DNA from: Dehalococcoidia bacterium
Lineage (GTDB): Bacteria; Chloroflexota; Dehalococcoidia; Lucifugimonadales; CAZENU01
NCBI GenBank assembly: GCA_965261815.1
Contig: CBDHDR010000002.1
Span: 2,000,143-2,064,142, forward strand
Length of the DNA stretch: 64,000 nucleotides
Reading direction: 5' to 3'
Under the pieces are notes generated by a model. That model worked only from the letters and a program-made list of their open reading frames with translations, did not search any database and had not been told where the DNA came from. The position numbers and the translations under genes were made by a program. How positions within the stretch are numbered: position 1 is the first letter of the stretch; each line of letters starts with the position of its first letter. Positions 44,052 to 54,300 of this stretch are shown piece by piece.

Positions 44052-46943
44052 TCAGATGACCAGCTTCGCGTCCTTTGGCCGCGACTTGCCGCCGTGGACC
44101 GATGGCTCGGCGCACCACTTGGCGGCCAGGCGGCGCACGGCAACGTAGACTTCCTCGTCGAAGCCGAGCAGGTCGCAGACCACCCGCCGGTCCAGCAGCG
44201 CGCGGTTGGCGTCGGCGTCCGCTAGGTAGGCGGGCTTCAGTTCCACGTCACGGAACTCGTTGAAGATGTCCTCAGCCGTGCGGAGTTGCTCGTCCGTGAG
44301 TGCGCGGAAGTCTAGCAGAGGGAGAGACGGCGCAGAGAGGCGAGTCATGCTGGCCTTACTTGACTGCTGACGGCTGGAGTGCCACCAGTAGGCCATCAGC
44401 CCCAGCGTACTGTTCCCCCACACCATTAGGCAGACTTCAAACCGTTCGTCGTCGAGAATCACGTTGGGCCATACTCTACCGCCGGCTGCCTGCTGTTCTG
44501 TGAACGCAAACGCAAGAGCCTGTGAGCCAAATGTGAAATCGCGGTTTAGGTGGATACGGGTTGCGGTTTCCCACAGCTTTGCCGCTCTAAGTTCCATTCC
44601 TGGCTTCACCCTCAAGGCTGAATCAGGACGGCACACCAAGAATCTCTCGGCATCGGCATCGTGGTTCCAAAGAGATGGGTAGGTTGCGGTGGGGCTCGAC
44701 TCCGACTTCACAAACGGCCCGTTGTGACTCTTCAGGATAAGCATCGAATCGTGGACGCCCAGCCGCCCAACCTCGCTCAGCTGAGCCACTGGTAGACTCT
44801 CGGGAGTTGACTTGGCGGGCAGCCAGATCTTGCCCCTGGATAGGGAATGTGCAACCTGTGCTATAGAAGCATCGAGGAGACGCGCCGCTCCCCATCCCGC
44901 CTCTTCGGGTTCGATGGGAACGTCCAATGTCTCGCCTGCAATGGCATCGCCACAGTACACTGGGCTGCCGCCGTACGGCCCATCCTCCAAGCGCCGGACG
45001 TCGCCGGACAGTATTGCTTTGGAAACCTCTTTGGACTCCACGAAACTCGCGGGCCTGCGCCTGAGAGAGGCAAATTTCCCCCTTCCGCTTCGCTTCTCAC
45101 TCGACGCGATCCTTCGACCGACTACCAGGCACTCGGCCATCCCCGTATCTGACGAGAAGGACATGTCGTTACCATTGGCGGCGATGGTCACGATCGAAAT
45201 GTCGGTGTATCGTGTAGCCATCAACTTTCTGAACTTGGCCCAAGATGAGCCGTTGATCGCGGTAAACGGCAGCACCAGGGCGATAACGCCGTTGGGTCTC
45301 AGCTTGCGCGTAGCGAGCGCCGCGAAGGCGGAACCCAGACCCGCGTGACCGTGATAGGACGTTCCAGTCGCAAGCCGCTTTAATCTGCGTGCCATTTCCG
45401 CCTGGTCATCGTCGGAGGCGTCAAAGGCCGCGAAGGCGGCGTTCAGCACTCCGTCATCGGAATCGTAGTGCTTGGTATTGCTCGTGAATGGCGGGTTCAT
45501 TACCACGACGTCGAAGCTCTCGTGGGGGAAGTCGGCGATGACCTGCACCGCCGTCTCCTCTCCCGCGCTGCCGGTGCGCATCGCCGGGTCGCTGGTGTTG
45601 ATCGTCGGCATCACCGCTTCCGCAGACAGTAGCTCCAGGGAGCCGATGCTGACGCTGTCGTCCTTCATCCGGCCGTAGGGCATCGTGTAGAGGCGAGACT
45701 GCCCGAAGCTGACGGACGGTTCGACTCCCGACAGCGTGGAGCCGGTGATGTGGATTGCCGAGGGCATGACGTCGCAGCCGTAGAGCACCTCCTCCATCAT
45801 CGCGCGGTGAAGCTCGGTGGGGTCGCCGCCAGTCCGCTCGTGCCGGGCAGCGATCTCGTCGTACACAGCGGAGAGCAGGGCGCCGGTGCCGCAGGCGAAG
45901 TCCCCGATGCGCAGCTTGCCGATGGCGTCGGGGTCCGACCAGTCCACGCCCTCCATCTTGGCGACGGCCAGCCGGGCCAGGAGCGCGGCGGACGCGGGCA
46001 GCGTGTAGAAGGTGGCGAGGTACTTGCGGTCCGCGATGAGGCGCTGGAAGATGCGCCCGGTCAGGTCGTGGGCGTTGTCCACGCCCGCCGCGCTTAGCGA
46101 CTGCGCGGTGTCCCTCAGCCTCCGCAGGATGGCCGCCGCTTCGCCCGACGGCAACTGCTCAAGGATGTCCTTGGCGATGGCGAAGATGGCCCAGTAGTTG
46201 ATCTCCAGGATGTCGTTCCAGGCGGCCAGCACCTCGCCCTGGGGGTTGTCCACGCCGTCGCCGCACACCCTGGCCAGGGGATCGACCTCCGTGTGCATCC
46301 CGGCGATGCGTTCGTGGAAGACGAGGGCGTTGGCGATGATGGCGCAGGCCATGCGGCGGGTCTGCGGCACGTCGATCATTCCGAGACGGCGTGCTATTGC
46401 CGTAGTGATGCCCGGCCGCAGCTTCGAAACTTCGTCCAGGAGCTTTGCGGCCCCTTCGATGCCCTCTTCCAGCGTAGAGGCGGCCTGGTGGACGGCGCGC
46501 TGCGGAACGCATACCAGGCGGACCATGTCGGCCAGGTCCTCGACTCCGCCCTCCAGCCAGCCGGACTCCGGGAAGCGGCTCTCGTCCTCGGTGAGGACGC
46601 AGTATTCGAGGCGGGCCGGCGACAGGGCGGCGCGCAGGTCGTGGGCGTCGCCCATCGCGGCCGGGTAGCGGAGGGCGATGGCGGCTTCGATGACGCGCCC
46701 GTCGGCGGCCACCTCCAGCCCGAGCCGGGACCTGGCCTCCGGCTCGACGGTACGCGCGGGCATGTACTCGGCCTCGACGACCACGGGCGAGCGGCCGGGC
46801 GCGGTGACGATGATGTCGGGCCGCAGCCCGGCATGGCCGACGACGGCCTGGGTGTTCTCGGACCACACCTGCCTGCCGGGCAGCATCTCTTGGAGCAGGC
46901 TGCCCAGGGCGTTGTTGGCGTTCGGCTCGGTCTGGCGTGGCAT
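44052..46943 (-). CDS. large N6-adenine DNA methyltransferase fusion with nuclease-like N-terminus and long C-terminal region (Type IIG-like)
   Basis: Motif I is RIGDFACGTGALL, preceded by TFYTLP. Motif IV is VVMNPPFTSN (NPPF at nt 45486-45497). The N-terminus LRPDIIVTAPGRSPVVVEAEY is PD...E-x-E, i.e. PD-(D/E)xK-like without the Lys. Length 963 aa. Confidence 0.65.
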   Translation of the reverse strand: MPRQTEPNANNALGSLLQEMLPGRQVWSENTQAVVGHAGLRPDIIVTAPGRSPVVVEAEYMPARTVEPEARSRLGLEVAADGRVIEAAIALRYPAAMGDAHDLRAALSPARLEYCVLTEDESRFPESGWLEGGVEDLADMVRLVCVPQRAVHQAASTLEEGIEGAAKLLDEVSKLRPGITTAIARRLGMIDVPQTRRMACAIIANALVFHERIAGMHTEVDPLARVCGDGVDNPQGEVLAAWNDILEINYWAIFAIAKDILEQLPSGEAAAILRRLRDTAQSLSAAGVDNAHDLTGRIFQRLIADRKYLATFYTLPASAALLARLAVAKMEGVDWSDPDAIGKLRIGDFACGTGALLSAVYDEIAARHERTGGDPTELHRAMMEEVLYGCDVMPSAIHITGSTLSGVEPSVSFGQSRLYTMPYGRMKDDSVSIGSLELLSAEAVMPTINTSDPAMRTGSAGEETAVQVIADFPHESFDVVVMNPPFTSNTKHYDSDDGVLNAAFAAFDASDDDQAEMARRLKRLATGTSYHGHAGLGSAFAALATRKLRPNGVIALVLPFTAINGSSWAKFRKLMATRYTDISIVTIAANGNDMSFSSDTGMAECLVVGRRIASSEKRSGRGKFASLRRRPASFVESKEVSKAILSGDVRRLEDGPYGGSPVYCGDAIAGETLDVPIEPEEAGWGAARLLDASIAQVAHSLSRGKIWLPAKSTPESLPVAQLSEVGRLGVHDSMLILKSHNGPFVKSESSPTATYPSLWNHDADAERFLVCRPDSALRVKPGMELRAAKLWETATRIHLNRDFTFGSQALAFAFTEQQAAGGRVWPNVILDDERFEVCLMVWGNSTLGLMAYWWHSSRQQSSKASMTRLSAPSLPLLDFRALTDEQLRTAEDIFNEFRDVELKPAYLADADANRALLDRRVVCDLLGFDEEVYVAVRRLAAKWCAEPSVHGGKSRPKDAKLVI

Positions 46944-47071
46944 ATTGGTCTATGAACCTGTCGGTCCGTATCGGGGCGGCGGTGGGACCTCGAAGGGAGT
47001 ATCCCATCGGCTAGGGAGGAAGTCCAGCAACGCTGACTACGGGCAAGTGTTCAGACTCGGTGAGGGGAATA

Positions 47072-47108
47072 CCCCGCCCCTGGATTCCCGCCTGCGCGGG
47101 AATGACGG
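47072..47108 (-). repeat. REP1 A-module palindrome (inverted orientation)
   Basis: CCCCGCCCCTGGATTCCCGCCTGCGCGGGAATGACGG. Confidence 0.7.
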
Positions 47109-47115
47109 TTATTTT

Positions 47116-47370
47116 CGCTGGGAGGTCGGGCTGCAGGCTCTACTGAGCCGCTCACGCCAAAACGCCCTGGGAGTAACCCGACAGGCACTGTCGGACCTCG
47201 TGAACGGGAAGGCTGGCGTATCGGTGGAGATGTCGTTTCGCCTGTCCCAGGCGTTTGGCTCCACTCCAGAAACGTGGCTCGGTATGCAGACTGCCTATGA
47301 CCTGTGGCAAGCCCGGGAACGGGCGAAGGAGATCGAGGTCGAGGACTTCAAGACTGCCGCGCTGACGTAG
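47116..47370 (+). pseudogene. HigA-family antitoxin HTH domain lacking a usable start codon (remnant)
   Basis: NALGVTRQALSDLVNGKAGVSVEMSFRLSQAFGSTPETWLGMQTAYDLWQA is a clear HigA/XRE HTH. There is no ATG/GTG/TTG between the REP palindrome and the HTH, the usual N-terminal PHPGE segment is absent, and there is no higB partner. Confidence 0.5.
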
Positions 47371-47477
47371 CGGGCAGTGGTGATTTCGTCGCACCGCCCA
47401 TGCGCCAATTGGGAGCCGGGTAATGGTACGCGACATCCAAGCGTTCGCTCATTCCATCCGTCGTTCGATAGTCAACT

Positions 47478-47849
47478 CTACTCCGCAGCCTGGATGAGCA
47501 CTCTTCCGCCGTCACGGACCTGGACGTTCAGGTCATGCCCGTCGAGCAACAGCATTCCGACGAGAGGGGTACTGCCAGTCGCGTCGGCCTCGATATCTCT
47601 CGGCTTGTCGTCCCATAGCACGGTGACGTGGTGAACGTCAAAGTCCACTTCAGTGTCGTTGGCTAGCAACGCCTGGCCCATATAGGCGAAAGGCAATCCC
47701 AGTTCGGCCACCAAAGCAGCCGGCAAGGTCAAGAAGCCGCTATACCCTGTGTCAATCACGGCCTCAATGTATCGGGTCCGCCCCTCCGGACCCTGTAAGC
47801 GAAGGTGAACGATCGCTTCATAGGCGGCATTCACTGCCCCTTCGATCAC
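47478..47849 (-). CDS. retropepsin-like (clan AA) aspartic protease
   Basis: The catalytic motif AVIDTGYSGFLTLP (D-T-G) sits in a 123-aa protein. Confidence 0.7.
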   Translation of the reverse strand: MIEGAVNAAYEAIVHLRLQGPEGRTRYIEAVIDTGYSGFLTLPAALVAELGLPFAYMGQALLANDTEVDFDVHHVTVLWDDKPRDIEADATGSTPLVGMLLLDGHDLNVQVRDGGRVLIQAAE

Positions 47850-48136
47850 CCTGTCTTCCGTAGCGACCCTGCCCCAAAGCTGCGCAGGGCCCTGTATCCG
47901 ACCCGCTCACACAAAACGTCTACAGTATCGGGGCACCGCGCTCGCAGGCGTTCCACGGCCGCGCGGGTGGTGTTGGCAATGGCCCAGTCCCCAGTCTCAA
48001 CGTCGATGGCGACATACTCTCCGAAGTGATTTGCTTCGACTTGGGGCAGGATAGTCTGCTTGTATATCTCCTTGCCCATGCGAACCGCCTCCTCGCGGGG
48101 GCGACGTGACTTCGCAGGAGTCCCAGGGTTCGTCAT
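47846..48136 (-). CDS. small partner protein of the aspartic protease (DUF5678-like)
   Basis: GEYVAIDVETGDWAIANT motif. It overlaps the protease start by 4 nt (ATGA). Confidence 0.55.
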   Translation of the reverse strand: MTNPGTPAKSRRPREEAVRMGKEIYKQTILPQVEANHFGEYVAIDVETGDWAIANTTRAAVERLRARCPDTVDVLCERVGYRALRSFGAGSLRKTG

Positions 48137-48503
48137 TAGTGGTCCTTTCGAAGGCAGGCCAAGTACCTTACATCCTACCAGATGAACCGGAGTTCGAGCC
48201 CCTTCAGGTCGCAGACATGAACCGGAGGGCCGGAGTGTACCGTACTGCGAACTTTCCGGTGGGAGGTTTCGCTATAGGCATCGCATTGCATATTGTGCAA
48301 CGGTGGGAGGCGGTCTCAGGTAATGAGCCCCATTCTGGCGGGAAAGCTTGGTTGAAGTCGTCTCTTCCAGCATACCACTGACCGTCTGCCTTGAGTCCAC
48401 AGACTTGTCCATATCCGCTGCTCAAGGATGCGACGTAAGAGACCAGTTCAATCGCTGGTTCCGCCCCATGACGAACCCAGGCAGAATCTCATGCCGTTAA
48501 GCG

Positions 48504-49830
48504 CTAGCGCCGCCGCCAGATGCCTATGGCGACGCCTAGGGCCACGAGGTTGAGCAGCACGCCTATGAGCGGCAAGACCCATACGCTGATATTGCTGCCC
48601 CCCTCGGACACCGTCAGCGTGGTCTCGGACACCGTCGCCCCGGCGGTGTCGTCGTCGGCCACCGTGACCGTCACCCCGGCGATGGTCGCGCCGTCGTACT
48701 CGTCGGCGCTCCGGGAGGCGTCGACGGCGTGGGCGATGGCGGCTGCGTCGTTCGCGGCGTCGGCGTCCTGGGCGGCGGACACCCTTACCGTCTGCGCCGT
48801 GTCCCAGTTGGACGAGGTGAAGGTCAGGGTCGCCGGCGACACCGTCACGTCGGGGCTGCCGCTCTTGGTTACACCGATCACCACGTCGGAGGCGGGCTGG
48901 GCGTCCAGGACCACCGTGTAGGTGGCGCTGCCGCCCTCGGACACCGTCAGCGTGGACGCGGACACGCTCACCGCGGCGTCATCGTCGTCCACGGTCAAGC
49001 TCACGCTCGCGATGGTCGCGCCGTCGTACTCGTCGGCGCTCCGGGAGGCGTCGACGGCGTGGGCGATGGCGGTTGCGTCGTTCGCGGCGTCGGCGTCCTG
49101 GGCGGCGGTCACCGTCACCGTCTGCGCCGTGTCCCAGTTGGACGAGGTGAAGGTCAGGGTCGCCGGCGACACCGTCATGTCCGAATTGTCGCTCACCGCT
49201 ACGCTGATCACCACGTTGCCTGATGGCAGCGCGTTCAGGACCACCGTGTAGGCGTCGTCGTCGCCCTCGGCCACTTCCACTTCGGTGAGGGACACGCTCA
49301 CCCCCGGCCTCTCGTTCACGGTGATATAGAAGCGCAGGTGAACGCGGTCACCGTCGGAATCGGCCGTCGTATAGGTGAACCGCGTCCTAGGGAACGTCGC
49401 CCTGGGCGTGCCGGTGATCGTGCGGTCCGAGTTGAAGCGCAGCCCCGCGGGCAGGTCTGGCGACAAGCTGTATCGCAGCCTGTCGTCGCCCCCCAAGAGC
49501 GGAGGGCAGGCTCACCGTCCCTATGTCTTCGCCTACTGCGTAGATCTGGTCGTCCACCGTCCGCGAGGCGAACGTCGGACTCCGGTCGGGCTGGTTCTGG
49601 GCTACGTCGTTGTCGGTGACGGTCACCCTCACGCCGGAGACTCTAACCGAGTCATACTCGTCGGCGCTGCTGGTGGCCGCGACCATGTGGGTGATGGAGG
49701 CCGCGTCGTCCACCGCGTCGGCGTCCTGGGCCGCCCGCACCGTCACCCTCTGCGCCGCGTTCCAGTTCCGCCGCGTCGATGAACGGCATCCGGCTGAGGG
49801 AGTCGAGTAACTGACGGTTGGAGATTGCCA
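48504..49830 (-). pseudogene. 5'-truncated, frameshifted adhesin-like gene (repeat units + cadherin-like/He_PIG domain + C-terminal tail anchor)
   Basis: Two frames (49387..49908 and 48504..49496) join at a G6 run (plus-strand C6 at 49489-49494) to read ...SLPSALGG/DDRLRYSLSPDLPAGLRFNSDRTITGTP. The upstream end starts mid-repeat (..NWNAAQRVTVRAAQDADAVDDAASITH) with no signal peptide. The C-terminus is VWVLPLIGVLLNLVALGVAIGIWRRR. Confidence 0.6.
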
Positions 49831-49932
49831 TACATCGATCATAGCAAAGGACGGGCGTGGTTGGCAGCCATCAAATGACAGTGACAGTGGTCCGGAATTG
49901 GGCCGCATGCACCCCTATCAGCCCAATCCCTA

Positions 49933-50702
49933 TTGGACCTGCTGGACGCCCTGGTCAATGACCGGGGCCGGGTGGCGGTAGTCGAGGCTCTGGGGGTGAA
50001 CTACCGCACCATGATGACCTGCTATGATTCCCGGCACGTGTCCCGGCGGATGCGGCAGGCGTTGGCGGACTTTCGGGCCGCGGGCGTTGGTGACGACGGC
50101 GGGGCGGAGGTTGGCGGCGAAGATGGTGCTCTGAAGGATGAGGCCGGACTCCTGGAGCAACGGGTGGCGGCGCTGGAGGAGGAGATTCTCGGGTTGCGAG
50201 AGATTGTCGAAGTCCAGGCGTGTTAACTGGAAGAGTTGGAGCGCCGGGTGGCCCGTTTGGAGCAGTCGCAGCAGCAACGGGGCGAGTCTGAAACGGTGGT
50301 GGGGCCGCAAGAACCGTCCGCGTGGCCTCCGCCCCAGCGGGGCCACGGGCTGCCCGACGCCTGGGTGGTTACGTTGGAAGAGCAGCCCAACGGGGAACAC
50401 GCCTGCGGCCCGGCGGCGGTGCTGGCGGCCGAGTGGCGCAGCCTGCGGGCCGGCGGAGATGCGGCGGGTAGCCGGGTTGACCGGGCCAGGGTTGGGGTAC
50501 GCCGGTGGGAACTGAAGCAGAGATGCTTCGGGACTTTCGCCTGACGCTGCCGCCGGAGAGGGAACCGTTGGATGGATGGAGAAGGCAAGATCATGTCCGG
50601 CGGCGGCTGGATGCCCTGGCTGAGGCACGGCGGGAGCTGAACAGGGCCAATCAGGTCCGATTGCTGCGGCGTGTGGTCACTCGGGGTATCTGGTGGAAGT
50701 AG
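49933..50702 (+). pseudogene. decayed coiled-coil gene (in-frame TAA and a -1 frameshift)
   Basis: The 49933 and 50236 ORFs share one frame, interrupted by TAA at 50224-50226 (..EVQAC*LEELERRVARLEQ..). The third piece (50505..50702) continues ..RRWEL/EAEMLRDFRLTLPPE.. if one G is restored near 50512. Confidence 0.5.
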
Positions 50703-51336
50703 CCGTTGCCGCGTTCCAGGCGTATGAACGCAAGGGTTTGGGACGGGATGTTCCTTGGCGTGGTGGTGGGTCAAGGAAGGCTTCGGGGCTGCTTGGGATG
50801 AACCGATGCTGGCCCTGACGAAGCAGGTCATCAGCGGCGCCAGGAGGACGCCGATCCGGTGGCGGCATGTCTTTGCCCCGGCCCGCGGTGCCGAGGGCAA
50901 CGTTGAGAAGCCGCTGGAATACGACGGAGTAGCGGAGTGTGAAAACCGGGGCTGAGCTGGTACTTGCTGAGTTCCATCGGGTGGGTGCAATGACAACCTG
51001 GGATCCCGTTCGGGTGATTGTCATCGCCAGTCAAGAAGCGTACGGGGCTAAGCAGGGTTCTTCAGTGAGGAACACCGTATTGCAGCAGTTCCCCATGTGC
51101 ACGAATCCGGTCCGGGGTAAAGCAACGTCCGTCATAATCTCCTCATTTAGCCGCTGGCGCCCTTTTTCTGAATCCCCCACCACGACGAGGAGGCAGGGAG
51201 GGCGTCTGGCACAGAACGGACGGCACCGGGCGGTTGGCGAGCAGGGCGGGACCATTGTGCGTAGCGGCCACCACGGCAATCAGGAGACTGGCATCATCTT
51301 GGGATTTGTTTATGCGGCTCTCGCGGTATCCCCATC

Positions 51337-54300
51337 CTAGCGCCAGCGCCGCAGCCTCCGCAGCCGGCGGGCCATCAGGATTATGATGATAATGGCTATG
51401 AGGAGCCAGAACGGCCAGCCCAGACACACCCCTTCATCAGGGCTTTGAGGCGCTAAATCTGATGGGGCCGCGGCGGACGGCACATCCGCAGTAGCCGTAG
51501 GACTGGGTTTGGGAGGAGCGGTGGCTGCCAGCACAGGTACGGCCGTCAGTGTCGGCGTGGGAGTTTCGTTGCCGCCTTGGTCCGGTGGTTGCGTTGGCGC
51601 CGGCTTAGCTATCGGCACAATGGCACTATGGCGTGGCGTGGCGATGGCTGGCGCTGACCAGTCGCTGGGGCCGACGACATTGACCGCCCTCACCCAGAAG
51701 TGGCACTCAACGCCGTTGGTCAGGCCGCCGATGCTCAGAGTGGTCGCGGCGTCAGCAGTGCCCGAGATCATCGCCGCCGCCCTGAAGTTGCTGTCGGTTG
51801 AGTATTCAACGGTGTAGTGCGTAATGCGGGAGTTGCCGTGGTTCGCGGGAGCAGTCCAGCTCAATTCCACCTGGCCGTCGCCCGGAGCCGCCGTAAGTTC
51901 CGTGGGCGCTCCGGGTATCGCGTCGTTGTCGGTTACCGTTATTGATGCCGAGCTGCCGGGCGCCCTCACCCGGTAATTGTTCCGCGCCTGAAGTGTGGCG
52001 GTAATGTCTTCGTTCGGCTCGTCCACGGTATCGTCTATGGTAGCCATGCTGAGCCTTGCGGTGTCCGCGCCGGCGGCGAGTCGCACCGTTTTATTGCCGG
52101 ACACGGTGGTGAAGTTCGCGCCGCCGGAGACACGGACCGTCACGGCGAGGGCAGCGCTTGGCGCAGGACTGGCGGTGATAATGAAGTTGGCGTCGCTCCC
52201 CTCAGTGATCGGGGAGGTATCCGCCGCGATGGATATGGCTGGCGTCCAGTTGTCGCCACCGCCGGGCGGTCGGCTGTCGTCGTCGGCGACGGTCACCGCC
52301 ACCCCGCCGACGCTCACGTTGTCGTACTCGTCGGCGCTCCGGGAGGCGTCGACGGCGTGGGTGATGGAGGCCGCGTCGTTCACCGCGTCGGCGTCCTGGG
52401 CGGCGGACACCGTCACCGTCTGGGCCGTGTCCCAGTTGGACGGGCTGAAGGTCAGCGTGGCCCGGTCCACCGTCACGTCGGGGCTGCCGCTGGCGGTTAC
52501 GCCGATCACCACGTTGCCTGATGGCAGCGCGTCCAGGACCACCGTGTAGGCGGCCTGGCCGCCCTCGGCCAGCGCCAATTCAGTAACGGACACGCTCACC
52601 CCGGCGGTATCGTCGTCGGCGACGGTCACGCTCACCTCTGCGGTCTCGTCGTCGGCCACGGTCACGCTCACCCCGGCCACGGCCACGGCGTCGTACTCGT
52701 CGGCGCTGCTGGCGGCCACCACCGCGTGGGTGATGGAGGCCGCGTCGTTCACCGCGTCGGCGTCCTGGGCGGCGGACACCGTCACCGTCTGGGCCGTGTC
52801 CCAGTTGGACGGGCTGAAGGTCAGCGTGGCCCGGTCCACCGTCACGTCGGGGCTGCCGCTGGCGGTTACGCCGATCACCACGTCGGAGGCGGGCTGGGCG
52901 TCCAGGACCACCGTGTAGGTGGAACTGTTGCCCTCAGCAACCGTCAGCGTGGTTTCGGACACGCTCACCCCGGCGGTATCGTCGTCGGCCACCGTGACCG
53001 CCACCCCGGCGACGCTCACGGCGTCGTACTCGTCGGCGCTCCGGGAGGCGTCGACGGCGTGGGTGATGGAGGCCGCGTCGTTCACCGCGTCGGCGTCCTG
53101 GGCGGCGGACACCGTCACCGTCTGGGCCGTGTCCCAGTTGGACGGGCTGAAGGTCAGCGTGGCCCGGTCCACCGTCACGTCGGGGCTGCCGCTGATGGTT
53201 ACGCCGATCACCACGTCGGAGGCGGGCTGGGCGTCCAGGACCACCGTGTAGGTGGAACTGTTGCCCTCAGCAACCGTCAGCGTGGTTTCGGACACGCTCA
53301 CCCCGGCGGTATCGTCGTCGGCGACGGACACGCTCACCTCTGCGGTCTCGTCGTCGGCCACGGTCACGCTCACCCCGGCCACGGCCACGGCGTCGTACTC
53401 GTCGGCGCTGCTGGCGGCCACCACCGCGTGGGTGATGGAGGCCGCGTCGTTCACCGCGTCGGCGTCCTGGGCGGCGGACACCGTCACCGTCTGGGCCGTG
53501 TCCCAGTTGGACGGGCTGAAGGTCAGCGTGGCCCGGTCCACCGTCACGTCGGGGCTGCCGCTGGCGGTTACGCCGATCACCACGTCGGAGGCGGGCTGGG
53601 CGTCCAGGACCACCGTGTAGGTGGAACTGTTGCCCTCAGCAACCGTCAGCGTGGTTTCGGACACGCTCACCCCGGCGGTATCGTCGTCGGCCACCGTGAC
53701 TGCCACCCCGGCGACGCTCACGGCGTCGTACTCGTCGGCGCTCCGGGAGGCGTCGACGGCGTGGGTGATGGAGGCCGCGTCGTTCACCGCGTCGGCGTCC
53801 TGGGCGGCGGACACCGTCACCGTCTGGGCCGTGTCCCAGTTGGACGGGCTGAAGGTCAGCGTGGCCCGGTCCACCGTCACGTCGGGGCTGCCGCTGATGG
53901 TTACGCCGATCACCACGTCGGAGGCGGGCTGGGCGTCCAGGACCACCGTGTAGGTGGAACTGTTGCCCTCAGCAACCGTCAGCGTGGTTTCGGACACGCT
54001 CACCCCGGCGGTATCGTCGTCGGCCACCGTGACTGCCACCCCGGCGACGCTCACGGCGTCGTACTCGTCGGCGCTCCGGGAGGCGTCGACGGCGTGGGTG
54101 ATGGAGGCCGCGTCGTTCACCGCGTCGGCGTCCTGGGCGGCGGACACCGTCACCGTCTGGGCCGTGTCCCAGTTGGACGGGCTGAAGGTCAGCGTGGCCC
54201 GGTCCACCGTCACGTCGGGGCTGCCGCTGATGGTTACGCCGATCACCACGTCGGAGGCGGGCTGGGCGTCCAGGACCACCGTGTAGGTGGAACTGTTGCC

